From contig JAPZAR010000009.1 of the NCBI GenBank assembly GCA_027460535.1, forward strand, positions 1 to 32,000: a DNA stretch of 32,000 nucleotides. Direction: 5' to 3'. The translations under genes and the position numbers were made by a program. This document shows positions 1 through 8,703 of the stretch, in pieces (positions within the stretch are counted from its first letter, which is position 1; each line of letters opens with the position of its first letter). The stretch is from Candidatus Methanoperedens sp. (GTDB lineage Archaea > Halobacteriota > Methanosarcinia > Methanosarcinales > Methanoperedenaceae). A model generated the notes under the pieces. That model did no database searches. It saw only the letters and a list, made by a program, of their open reading frames with translations, and was not told where the DNA came from.

Positions 1-1
1 A

Positions 2-1000
2 GTTCCCTCCATCTTCTTTACCGATCCTACGCCGGCAAACGGTGCGACTCTCACTCAGAACTACGCATACATCAATACAACCGCTTTAAGCTCCAGAACA
101 GCCTTCATCGACTGGAACCGCTCGTTAGTTGGCTGGTGGAGGTTCAATAACGAAAGCGGTGAAAGTCGGACGTTCTTCCGGGACTGGAGCAGCTGGGGGA
201 ACAACGGGACGTGTTCAGGGGCTTCATGTCCGAATTCAACTTCGGGAAAATTTGGAAATGGATCAAGCTTTGATGGAATTAATGATTATATAACAATGGG
301 AAATCCATCGAATGGTGCTCTGGACTTTGGAACCGGTGATTTTTCAATAAGTTCATGGTTTTATATGTCTTCCCTGCCCAATGCATGGAAAACCATCGTC
401 AGCAAAGGTGATTCCGGGGCTGTTGGATATGGCATGGAGATAAGTAGTGGCAACCAATTAACCTGTTCTATTCAAGCGTCTTCCGGCACAAGCCAGCATT
501 TAGGAAGTTCTGTTCCCACTGCTGGTTCCTGGCATCAAGGAGTATGTGTTTTTAATAGAAGTGATAAGATCTATGCATATCTGGATGGCATCCAGGTTGC
601 AAGTGGAACATATGCGGCAAATAATACCAATTCTGTAACTTCATACAAAGCGTACGCACAGGACGCAGCAGGAAATGTGAACCAGACCGAGACAAGAACA
701 TTGACATTGATCTCTGCACCAGTTCCCGGCGGTCCTTCGATAACAGGTTATGCTCCTCCATCCCCGGTCATTGATACTCCAGGAGCTACCAGACAATTCA
801 ACATCACCGTTAACCAGACAGTGAATGTTACCTGGTACATCAACGGGACCCAGGTTCAGTTCAATAATAGTGTTACTGATGCAAAGTATACCAATACCAG
901 TGCATCCATTGGAGTATGGAATGTGAGTGAGCAATGCAAACGGCACAGCCAATCAGAAATGGGATCGGAATGTGTTAACACCGCCAGTTACAACATTTAA
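2..1000 (+). CDS. Cell-surface protein, N-terminal part (LamG/concanavalin-like domain plus first beta-sandwich repeat). The 5' end lies outside the window. The frame breaks near 925 and continues in ORF 927..1646.
   Basis: The frame of listed ORF 296..1000 stays open back to base 2 (VPSIFFTDPTPANGATLTQNYAYINTT...). It has a LamG-like stretch GINDYITMGNPSNGALDFGTGDFSISSWFY...SWHQGVCVFNRSDKIYAYLDG and many N-x-S/T sequons. Confidence 0.7.
   Translation, partial: VPSIFFTDPTPANGATLTQNYAYINTTALSSRTAFIDWNRSLVGWWRFNNESGESRTFFRDWSSWGNNGTCSGASCPNSTSGKFGNGSSFDGINDYITMGNPSNGALDFGTGDFSISSWFYMSSLPNAWKTIVSKGDSGAVGYGMEISSGNQLTCSIQASSGTSQHLGSSVPTAGSWHQGVCVFNRSDKIYAYLDGIQVASGTYAANNTNSVTSYKAYAQDAAGNVNQTETRTLTLISAPVPGGPSITGYAPPSPVIDTPGATRQFNITVNQTVNVTWYINGTQVQFNNSVTDAKYTNTSASIGVWNVSEQCKRHSQSEMGSECVNTASYNI
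752..928 (+). repeat. Intragenic direct repeat, copy 1 (about 176 nt, encodes a beta-sandwich module)
   Basis: Hand alignment with 1344..1519 gives 14 substitutions and no indels. Confidence 0.85.
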
Positions 1001-1646
1001 CATTTCAGGTTTCAAGATATACGACAACAATAATAATGGGATATGGGATGCTGGCGAGCACGGAATTGCAGGCTGGAATATCACTATTAAGAATAGCACA
1101 ACAGACGCAGAGATAGCCACTTCAACAACAGATGCTATCGGCTTCTATCAGCTCACGAACCTAGCTCCTGGCGACTATAATGTAACCGAAGAGACGAGAG
1201 CAGGATGGAGTCCCACCAACGCCACTTTCAAAGTGATAACTCTCAATAATGACATCATGAACCTGAACTTCACGAATCATCAAGCACCGATACAAGGTCG
1301 AGGTGCAGGAGGCGGAGGTGCACCGCCTGCAATAGTTAATTTTGCTCCTCCATCACCGGCCATTGATACTCCAGTAGCTACCAGGCAATTCAATATCACC
1401 GTTAACCAGACCGTGAATGTTACCTGGTACATCAACGGTACTCAGGTTCAGGTCAATAATAGTATCACTGATGCAAAGTACACCAATACCAGTGCATCCA
1501 TTGGAATATGGAACGTGAGCGCGGGTGCAATAAATGATAATGGCAGCGATATACAAACATGGACCTGGACAGTGTCAAACATGGCCATAGTTTCGGAAAT
1601 TACCTCTACCTATCCCACTCCACCAGATAAGACAACCCAGCACTAA
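927..1646 (+). CDS. Cell-surface protein, C-terminal part (SdrD/Cna-B-like beta-sandwich plus second copy of the beta-sandwich repeat). Probably the same gene as 2..1000, separated by a frameshift.
   Basis: FNISGFKIYDNNNNGIWDAGEHGIAGWNITIKN...GFYQLTNLAPGDYNVTEETRAGWSPTN resembles SdrD-B/Cna-B folds. The repeat APPSPAIDTPVATRQFNITVNQTVNVTWYINGTQVQ... matches residues in the upstream ORF. There are at least 14 N-x-S/T sequons in 239 aa. Confidence 0.7.
   Translation: MSNANGTANQKWDRNVLTPPVTTFNISGFKIYDNNNNGIWDAGEHGIAGWNITIKNSTTDAEIATSTTDAIGFYQLTNLAPGDYNVTEETRAGWSPTNATFKVITLNNDIMNLNFTNHQAPIQGRGAGGGGAPPAIVNFAPPSPAIDTPVATRQFNITVNQTVNVTWYINGTQVQVNNSITDAKYTNTSASIGIWNVSAGAINDNGSDIQTWTWTVSNMAIVSEITSTYPTPPDKTTQH
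1344..1519 (+). repeat. Intragenic direct repeat, copy 2
   Basis: Hand alignment with 752..928 gives about 92% identity. Confidence 0.85.
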
Positions 1647-1798
1647 GCTTGCATCAACCGCAGATGAACGCAGATAAACGCAGATTTGTTGATAGGGATT
1701 AAGATAAATTGAATTACATAAACTATATATTTCCACAGTTGCGGCGCTCTGCAAGAACCGGGGCAACCACCGGCCCCCGCATGTCCAAAAGCGCCCTA

Positions 1799-1806
1799 TT
1801 TATATA
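1799..1806 (+). promoter_or_regulatory. Archaeal TATA box (TTTATATA) upstream of the wecB stub
   Basis: Canonical TTTATATA lies about 27-31 nt upstream of the ATG at 1833, which implies a leaderless or very short-leader transcript. Confidence 0.55.
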
Positions 1807-1832
1807 TCCGGCGTTATATCTAAGAGCAGAAC

Positions 1833-1958
1833 ATGAAAATCATCTCAATCGTTGGCGCCCACCCCCAGTTCATCAAGTGTGCGCCACTGTCCCGGGAGAT
1901 TATAACGGAGCGTGAAGAAATCCTCATCCATACTGGCATACAGGGCAGGGACGGATAA
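1833..1958 (+). pseudogene. wecB: UDP-N-acetylglucosamine 2-epimerase (WecB family), 5' stub of only 41 codons
   Basis: My own translation gives [35 protein letters not shown], then IQGRDG and a stop. The first 35 aa match the conserved non-hydrolysing 2-epimerase N-terminus (MKI..VVGARPQFIK.APVSR...E.LVHTGQHYD). Similarity is lost at HTG, and the ORF was too short for the ORF track. Confidence 0.75.
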
Positions 1959-1984
1959 GAGGGAAATTATAGAGGATTATATAA

Positions 1985-2941
1985 ATGAAAATATTACACA
2001 TCGGTGACGTTGCAGGTATCCCACTAATATTAGCTAAAGCACAAAGAAAATTAGGTTATAAAAGTGATGTACTGTCATATCAGAGGCATCCTTTTGATTA
2101 TGGAGTTGATTATTGTTTTCCATTAAATTCAGGATTTCCTATAAATCATATAGAAAAGATGATAATATTTTCAAAATTCTTAAGTAAATATGATGTATAT
2201 CATTTCCATGGGGGAACATTATTACCAAAAGGGATTGATTCAGTATTATGGAAATATCTAAAAAAAAAATTGGTTATTCACCACCACGGTTCTGATATCA
2301 GATACACTGGTGAAAAATTAATTTATTCAAAATTTGCAGATAAAATTTTTGTTTCTACGCCCGATCTTTTGGAGTGGTCTCCATGTGCTATATGGATACC
2401 AAACCCTATTTCTCTTGATAGTTTTCATTATGTGGGAGTCGAAAATAAAGTCAAATCAGAAAATATTAATATCGTCCATGCACCAAGTAATAGAGCAAAA
2501 AAAGGTACCGAATATATACTAAAAGCCATTAACAAACTGAAAAATGAAGGCTATAAAATTAATCTAATTTTAGTAGAAAACATGCCACATAATAAAGCGA
2601 TTGAATACTATAAAAAGGCAGATATTGTAATAGATCAATTACTAATTGGTTGGTATGGTTTGTTTGCTGTTGAGTGCATGGCACTGGGAAAGCCGGTATG
2701 CGTATATATTCGCGATGATTTGGAATCATATATGCCCTTTAACCCGATAATCAATACCTCATCAACAAATATTGCTGAAAATCTTAGAATATTGATAGAA
2801 GATGGAAGGTTAAGAAAAGAAGTGGGAGATAAAGGTAGAAAATACGTTGAAGAGATGCATGATGCAAAAGAGGTAGCAAAGGAAGTAATCCGTTTTTATA
2901 ATGTGGATGAGATAACAAGTGGATTACACTCCCCAAAGTAG
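1985..2941 (+). CDS. Glycosyltransferase, GT-B fold (group 1/GT4-like)
   Basis: The C-terminal half (VHAPSNRAKKGTEYILKAI...KADIVIDQLLIGWYGLFAVECMALGKPVCVYI) looks like a GT-B nucleotide-sugar binding domain. The gene is AT-rich and a purine-rich (agagga) stretch, a possible weak SD, precedes the ATG. Confidence 0.6.
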   Translation: MKILHIGDVAGIPLILAKAQRKLGYKSDVLSYQRHPFDYGVDYCFPLNSGFPINHIEKMIIFSKFLSKYDVYHFHGGTLLPKGIDSVLWKYLKKKLVIHHHGSDIRYTGEKLIYSKFADKIFVSTPDLLEWSPCAIWIPNPISLDSFHYVGVENKVKSENINIVHAPSNRAKKGTEYILKAINKLKNEGYKINLILVENMPHNKAIEYYKKADIVIDQLLIGWYGLFAVECMALGKPVCVYIRDDLESYMPFNPIINTSSTNIAENLRILIEDGRLRKEVGDKGRKYVEEMHDAKEVAKEVIRFYNVDEITSGLHSPK

Positions 2942-3165
2942 CCAAATTTTTTTAATATTCATTATGCAGTCCTCAGATTATATCTTTATATGCTAAACTT
3001 AATGCCATTACCCTTCAGGGTTGGGAGCCTCATTTGCGATACTAGACCTCATGCATCAATAGTCAACACCTCTTCAAATTAGTTGTGTTATGGTATTCCT
3101 CCATATATGATGCCTTATCACAGATATTCTATGCGACTTTATTGAAAAGATTGTAACCTCAAAGT

Positions 3166-3651
3166 TCAATATCGATTTTTAATAAATTTAGCTGGAACGC
3201 CAGCAACGACAGAGTAAGGCGCTACATCTTTAGTTACAACAGCGTTTGCGCCAATTATTGCCCCCTCATTAATTGTAATTCCAGGCATAATAATAACATT
3301 GACACCGATCCACACGTTATCTTCAATATCAATCAGTGCAGATTTGCGTCTTGCCATTATTATATGAGCATTTTTATCGCTATAATCATGCGTTGCAGAA
3401 GCTAATGTTACATTATCTGCTATAAAAATATTATTTCCAATGTGTATCCCACCACGCCCAAAAAACCTGCAATTGTTTCCGATTCGGACGTTATTACCAA
3501 TGATAATATTTTCTGGTCCGTCGAACACAAGATTTTCTCCGATTCTAACATGTATACCAACTTTTCTCATAAACAATTTATAAAACTTTGTTCTTATTTT
3601 TGTTTTGATTAATTTATACATAATATAATATTCAAAAAATATTGTTCTCAT
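3166..3651 (-). CDS. Hexapeptide-repeat (left-handed beta-helix) O-acetyltransferase, LacA/WbbJ-like
   Basis: Repeated [LIV]-G-x-x-x-x hexapeptides (IGNNVRIGNNCRF..IHIGNNIFIADNVTL..VWIGVNVIIMPGITINEGAIIGANAVVTKDVAPYSVVAGVPAKFIKNR). Confidence 0.85.
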   Translation of the reverse strand: MRTIFFEYYIMYKLIKTKIRTKFYKLFMRKVGIHVRIGENLVFDGPENIIIGNNVRIGNNCRFFGRGGIHIGNNIFIADNVTLASATHDYSDKNAHIIMARRKSALIDIEDNVWIGVNVIIMPGITINEGAIIGANAVVTKDVAPYSVVAGVPAKFIKNRY

Positions 3652-4043
3652 ATAACACCTGTTAATTTTAATCTGATGTCTTGCTCTTCAAGCGGGGTAC
3701 GTCACTTGCTATAGGTATTCTCATACGTCAATGGATGTGAGCAGCTTCATACTCTTTAAGTTCTTTTTGGCAGGTCATTGGTTCAAGCCCTAACTTATAA
3801 TCATCGGATCCACCAGACCAGCCAACATAAGGGCATTCTATTTCATTAATCTTTTGGCAATATATGGACTTCTCATTTTCTTCTTTTCCCATAAAGTGAG
3901 AAAACTCAAGCCCATTACTGGGGAGTAGAGTGGGTATTTTCCTTCCGTATAACTGACATCCATCCTTACATCTTTTAATAAACCATTTTCATCTTGCTAT
4001 TGATTTAGCTGGCATTTTTTCACCCTTAATATTTAAGCAATGT

Positions 4044-4250
4044 TTGTGGACTTCACCCCAAAAAGTGGACAGGTAGTTAAGAAACATTCTTAACAAACAT
4101 CTACACAAAGGGTGCAAATATGAAAACAAGAAAAAAATACACACGAGAAATCAAAATATCGATTCTTCATGAACTTGAGAACGGAAAAAGTGCAGCACAG
4201 GCGTGAATATTCATAACATGCTCAAATACCATGGAAAATTATAAGTTAAT
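4044..4250 (+). mobile_element. Remnant of an IS3-family insertion sequence (putative left end plus truncated, frameshifted OrfA HTH)
   Basis: ATG at 4120 gives MKTRKKYTREIKISILHELENGKSAAQA then a stop (4204-4206). This resembles the IS3/IS911 OrfA N-terminus (..RKKYT.EFK...V.....G.S.A...). In a shifted frame, NIHNMLKYHGKL continues the similarity. The upstream TGTGGAC...GTGGAC at about 4044 could be the terminal IR. No intact transposase is present. Confidence 0.5.
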
Positions 4251-4328
4251 CGAAATCCTCTATTATGGGAAGGATTCCTATTATTAAAAAATATGGCGCA
4301 ATTCAAATATATTTATTCAAGGGGTTAA

Positions 4329-5003
4329 ATGACAAAAAATGGAGATTTGCTAAAATCAAACTATTGGGATAAAAGATATTCAAGTGGTGGTGGGAGTGGA
4401 GAAGGTTCGATTGGAGAATATAGAGATTTTAAATGGGAAGTCATAACTCAATATGTACCTAAAATCGACAATGTTTTAGATATTGGATGTGGTGATTTAA
4501 GTTTCTGGGAAGGACGAGATTGTGAACATTATACTGGAGTTGATATTTCTCCCAACATTATTGAAAAAAATAGAAAAAATAAGCCGCATTGGAATTTTAT
4601 GATTAGTAATTCAGAAAAAAAGTTAAATTTAAAATCTGATCTTGGTATCTGTAATGATGTGCTTTTTCATATTATGGATGATGCTATATTTGAAAAAATC
4701 CTCAATAACTTATGTGAATATTCCAAAAAATATATATTTATATTTACATGGAATAAAAATCCATTTGTTAAGTTCCAATATAGATTAAATCTTTTAAGTT
4801 CATTAAGGTTTGATTTATTTCTGAGAAATCTGTTGTTAGATAATACCTCAGATGGGAAGTACCAAAAATATAGGGATTTAAGTAATTATTATAGAATTTT
4901 TAAAGAAGCTGGTTTTGATTTAGTCAACATTCATCCTGCGCCTATTAAACCGTATATTGGGGCAATGTATGTTTTTAGGAAAAAGAATGACAAAATTAAT
5001 TAA
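4329..5003 (+). CDS. Class I SAM-dependent methyltransferase
   Basis: Motif I is VLDIGCGDLSFWEG, followed by YTGVDIS. Size is 224 aa. Confidence 0.75.
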   Translation: MTKNGDLLKSNYWDKRYSSGGGSGEGSIGEYRDFKWEVITQYVPKIDNVLDIGCGDLSFWEGRDCEHYTGVDISPNIIEKNRKNKPHWNFMISNSEKKLNLKSDLGICNDVLFHIMDDAIFEKILNNLCEYSKKYIFIFTWNKNPFVKFQYRLNLLSSLRFDLFLRNLLLDNTSDGKYQKYRDLSNYYRIFKEAGFDLVNIHPAPIKPYIGAMYVFRKKNDKIN

Positions 5004-5040
5004 TATATTAAATTATATTAAAAGATTGCAAGGCAGGTAG

Positions 5041-6528
5041 CTATTTGAGGTATACGAGATTCTTTAAAAAAAAGCAGCTCTCACGTATAATATCCATGAA
5101 ATACATCTTATCTTCTTTTTTCAGAAAAAATGTGGCAATCATAAAAACATAAACGCACAAAATCATAATACCCAATAAATACAGGTTTATAAATTCAAAT
5201 CGTATAAAAATTAAAATAGCCGAAAAACTTAGACCAGATATTTTGGCATACCATTTAAAGTCCATTTTTATTTTTATCATCTTGATAGCGATAAATAAAT
5301 TTAAAAAAGATGCTAAAGATAAAGATACCGCTGTAGCTACTGCTGCCCCAGCGATACCAAACTTGGGTATGAGTAAGATGTTAAACACAACATTTGTTAT
5401 TGCGGAAATGCCAACTATTTTCAAACCTATATCTGGTCGACCCACACCTGTTACAGCCCCACCTATTGATTTAGCAACTCCAAGAATCACTGTTCCTACA
5501 ATTAATATTTCCAAAGGCAAAACGGCATAAATAAATCTGGATCCAAATATTATCGTTATAATCTCTTTCGCAAAAAATCCAACCCCCAATCCAATTGGTA
5601 ATAAAATACAAGCAGTATATTTCATACTTTTATCAATCATAGTTTGCAACGCGACATGATTATTCGTACTCCAATACTCGGAAGTCGCAGGATATGTTAT
5701 CGTTTGAATAGCTTGGGGAACCAGCCAGATAAATGTGCTGAAGGCAACTGCCACACCATAGTACCCTACATCCACCGCTGTTAAAAAATATCCTATCAGA
5801 AGTGTATCTGCCTGGTAATTTATCGTAGCCATTGCATTTGCCCCAAGTATTTGTACACCGAATAACAGTATTTCTTTAGTTGTCTGAGCATACCCCTCCA
5901 GCACAATCTCAAAATAGTGCCTACTGATTTTCATTAGATAAAAACATGACCCTATAGAGGAGAGTACAATGCCTGTTACCACACCAGCAACCCCAAACCC
6001 CTGGTAGATCAATACTAGTGAGACTATTAGCATCAAAATACTCTGGAGAATTGTTGCAATCCCATATTTCTTCATCTCCCGGAGTCCGTTCAGAAATCCA
6101 AGCAGAGTCCCACTCACCAAGGCAAAAGGAAAGACGGGAGATAAAATTATCAAAAGGCTGGACAATCCTGGCATCTTGAATATTCCTTCGAATATGCCCG
6201 ACGAAATGAAAAATAGTATACTAAACCCGATACCAAGGAATAAAGAAGTAATAACGCCGGCAGATACAATCGAATTTGTTTTTCTTCTATCTCCTTTATG
6301 TTCAGCCACATATTTTATTATTGCAGCAGGAATCCCTATCGCAGCAAATAGCATCGCTATTCCATAAATCGTGAAAGCCATACGGTATAATCCGAGCTCT
6401 TCGGCGCCAAGATACCTCCCAAGAAGCACGGTTATGATAAAGCCGAGGAGCATGCTGATTACAGAGGCTATGAATGTTATGCCGACATCAAATGCGAATT
6501 TTTTGGGTTCTTTCATATTCTCACACAC
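5041..6528 (-). CDS. Polysaccharide/oligosaccharide flippase (Wzx / MOP superfamily)
   Basis: A 495-aa protein, hydrophobic throughout (many predicted TM helices). The N-terminus (LLGRYLGAEELGLYRMAFTIYGIAMLFAAIGIPAAIIKYVAE) is typical of polysaccharide biosynthesis (RfbX/Wzx) proteins. Confidence 0.8.
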   Translation of the reverse strand: MCENMKEPKKFAFDVGITFIASVISMLLGFIITVLLGRYLGAEELGLYRMAFTIYGIAMLFAAIGIPAAIIKYVAEHKGDRRKTNSIVSAGVITSLFLGIGFSILFFISSGIFEGIFKMPGLSSLLIILSPVFPFALVSGTLLGFLNGLREMKKYGIATILQSILMLIVSLVLIYQGFGVAGVVTGIVLSSIGSCFYLMKISRHYFEIVLEGYAQTTKEILLFGVQILGANAMATINYQADTLLIGYFLTAVDVGYYGVAVAFSTFIWLVPQAIQTITYPATSEYWSTNNHVALQTMIDKSMKYTACILLPIGLGVGFFAKEIITIIFGSRFIYAVLPLEILIVGTVILGVAKSIGGAVTGVGRPDIGLKIVGISAITNVVFNILLIPKFGIAGAAVATAVSLSLASFLNLFIAIKMIKIKMDFKWYAKISGLSFSAILIFIRFEFINLYLLGIMILCVYVFMIATFFLKKEDKMYFMDIIRESCFFLKNLVYLK

Positions 6529-6589
6529 TTAATTACTTCATAAGGTAAAAGTGTTGGAAACATTTAGAATTAAATTTCTGATTGTTTTG

Positions 6590-7762
6590 TTATTTTCCAT
6601 TTTTTTCACATATTATTTTTTCGTAAACATCCAACTCTTTTTTAATCCGTGTTTCCCAACTTCTTTCTTTTATTATTGTTTTTCTGGCGTTTTTTCCCAA
6701 TGTTTTTCCCAGCTCAGGATTTTCATATAAAAGTTTGAGTTGTTCTGCAAAATAATCTATATCCCCGGATTTTACTAAAAGTCCATTCTCCATATGTCTG
6801 ATTAGTTTGCTTGTCCCACCGCTATCAAATACCACTATTGGTTTTCCAGATGCCATAGCTTCCAGAACGGAGCGATTTAGATTGCTATAAAGGCTTGTAG
6901 CAATAACTACATCAGCAATTGATAAATATTCTGTAATCAGATCTATTGAAACCCCTCCTAGAAATTTTACGTTCTTCTCTAAAGAATATTCTTTAGCTAA
7001 CTTGACTAATTCGTCCTTTAAAGTACCTTCACCTGCAAGAAGAAGACAACTATTGGTTTTGGTTTTATTCAAAAAAATTCCAAATGATTTTATAGCTAAA
7101 TCAATATTTTTCACAGGAATTAAAGAGCTTGTTGATAATATTATAAAATCAGATTCCGTTAATTTGGATTTTTCGATTAACTCTTTATTTTTTGGTTTTG
7201 CTTTAAAAAAATTGGTATCTATTCCATGATAGACAACAGTAACTCGATTTTTCCATATTTTTTTGAATTTTTCTGGGGCTATTGAGCCATCATCCAAAAT
7301 AAAAGCATGATCAGGCTTGAATAATTTTGCCAATATAGCCTCTTGAAAACCAGAAAGTCTTGAATATGCATCATCTGCACCGTGCATCATAGCTACAACT
7401 GGAACCCCCCTTATTTTCTTAAACATAATACATACTGCTGCTGCTTCCATATAATGCACTTGAATCAAGTCAAATTTCTTGGTTTTTCTTAAATATAAAA
7501 AAACTTTAAAAAGATAAATCAACTGATTTAAAGGGGTTACAGGAATATGGAATATCCCTTTTATTGGTTTAAATTTAATTCTTATTATTGGAACTTCAAA
7601 CCTATTATCAAATTCTTTACATTTGCATTCTTCGCCAAAATCAGGTGCAATTATTCGTTGGTCAACATTTTTGTTAATATTTTTTGATAGTTCAATGATA
7701 TGAGTTACAGAACCTCCTTTGATTGGATAAAACTCATATACAATCCTAAGCAACTGTATCAT
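6590..7762 (-). CDS. Glycosyltransferase family 4 (GT-B)
   Basis: C-terminal signature SVLEAMASGKPIVVFDSGGTSKLIRHMENGLLV (E-x7-E type). Overlaps the upstream gene by 17 nt. Confidence 0.85.
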   Translation of the reverse strand: MIQLLRIVYEFYPIKGGSVTHIIELSKNINKNVDQRIIAPDFGEECKCKEFDNRFEVPIIRIKFKPIKGIFHIPVTPLNQLIYLFKVFLYLRKTKKFDLIQVHYMEAAAVCIMFKKIRGVPVVAMMHGADDAYSRLSGFQEAILAKLFKPDHAFILDDGSIAPEKFKKIWKNRVTVVYHGIDTNFFKAKPKNKELIEKSKLTESDFIILSTSSLIPVKNIDLAIKSFGIFLNKTKTNSCLLLAGEGTLKDELVKLAKEYSLEKNVKFLGGVSIDLITEYLSIADVVIATSLYSNLNRSVLEAMASGKPIVVFDSGGTSKLIRHMENGLLVKSGDIDYFAEQLKLLYENPELGKTLGKNARKTIIKERSWETRIKKELDVYEKIICEKNGK

Positions 7763-8702
7763 ACCGTTCTCCTAACTCTTGAGGAGTTATAAATAAAACT
7801 TCTAATTTCTTTTTCCTTGCAATTTCTACAATGTTGTTTAGATTTCTCTTAAAGTTATTTAACGAAAATAGCCCCTTCTCGTCTTTAATGTCTGAGGGAT
7901 GAAAATATGTAGACAAGAAGGCTTCTTCTTCATTACGATTAACGACAATTTTAATTGCATTTTTAAAAAATAATGGATGTTTTGCGATATTTGCTGCTAT
8001 AATTCCTTTTCTCGTTAGAACACGTAAATAGAATGGTATAGGATAAGTTGTTATTGGAATTTCCACAATTTTATGATTATTAGAGGGGTCACTGTCCTCG
8101 ATTTTATAATCATGTTTTGATGGAAAATAAGGATATCTTGATGTGTTTTTCCAATCATATATATTATCAATAGTGCCATTGTTTTTAATCCCCGGAATAG
8201 CGGAGAGATCATTCAAGATACCAAGAGAGTTTAATATGTTCATTGTGTAATTATTATGAAAATCCCAACCCATTCTTGTACTTTTGACTCTGAAAATTTT
8301 AGAAATTTCTTTGTAGCCTTTCTCAAGGCAATGGGATATCCAATTTTTATCTTTTATTTCTTGATACCATATATTTTTTATTTCATTTAATTTCCATAGA
8401 TGAGGATGCCAACCTATTTCATCTCCAGATTTTTCAAATTCATTCCACAATGATACATATTCTCTTACAGGATAGCACCAATCTCCCCATATTATATTTA
8501 TTTGATGATCGGATCTAAGATACCATATAATTTTTGGAGGTTTTTTCTGTTCGTCTTCAAATGTTTTTATCTCTTCTTTTAATCTGATAACAGATTGAAT
8601 AACATCATCCCAAGCACTTTCTTTATTAAAAATAGCTCTTTGATTGACTTCAATTAAGGGATCCGTGTCGCATCCAATTGTAACAAATAATTTTTTTATC
8701 AT
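7746..8702 (-). CDS. Putative CE4-like polysaccharide deacetylase (weak assignment)
   Basis: TIGCDTDP near the N-terminus resembles CE4 motif 1 (Asp pair). GDEIGWHPHLW resembles CE4 motif 2 (GHEIG.H.). I recognise no other family. Confidence 0.4.
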   Translation of the reverse strand: MIKKLFVTIGCDTDPLIEVNQRAIFNKESAWDDVIQSVIRLKEEIKTFEDEQKKPPKIIWYLRSDHQINIIWGDWCYPVREYVSLWNEFEKSGDEIGWHPHLWKLNEIKNIWYQEIKDKNWISHCLEKGYKEISKIFRVKSTRMGWDFHNNYTMNILNSLGILNDLSAIPGIKNNGTIDNIYDWKNTSRYPYFPSKHDYKIEDSDPSNNHKIVEIPITTYPIPFYLRVLTRKGIIAANIAKHPLFFKNAIKIVVNRNEEEAFLSTYFHPSDIKDEKGLFSLNNFKRNLNNIVEIARKKKLEVLFITPQELGERYDTVA

Positions 8703-8703
8703 T

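Noticed and set aside
752-1519. Possible diversity-generating retroelement TR/VR pair (two 176-nt repeats at about 92% identity)
   Set aside because: The 14 differences involve all base types in both directions rather than adenine-specific changes, and no reverse transcriptase is nearby. It is ordinary intragenic domain duplication.
1657-1687. Short imperfect tandem decamer (cgcagatgaa cgcagataaa cgcagatttg) just after the surface protein stop
   Set aside because: It has only about 2.5 imperfect units, too short to distinguish from chance. It is not comparable to long perfect tandem repeats and has no supporting structure.
1709-1915. ORF 1709..1915 (68 aa)
   Set aside because: It overlaps the TATA box and runs out of frame through the recognisable wecB stub. 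It has no motif and is likely spurious.
3989-3991. In-frame TGA as a selenocysteine codon in the Cys-rich minus-strand ORF 3728..4015
   Set aside because: No Sec-related context or SECIS-like structure was recognised. The ORF lies in a decay zone beside an IS remnant, so a pseudogene is the simpler reading.
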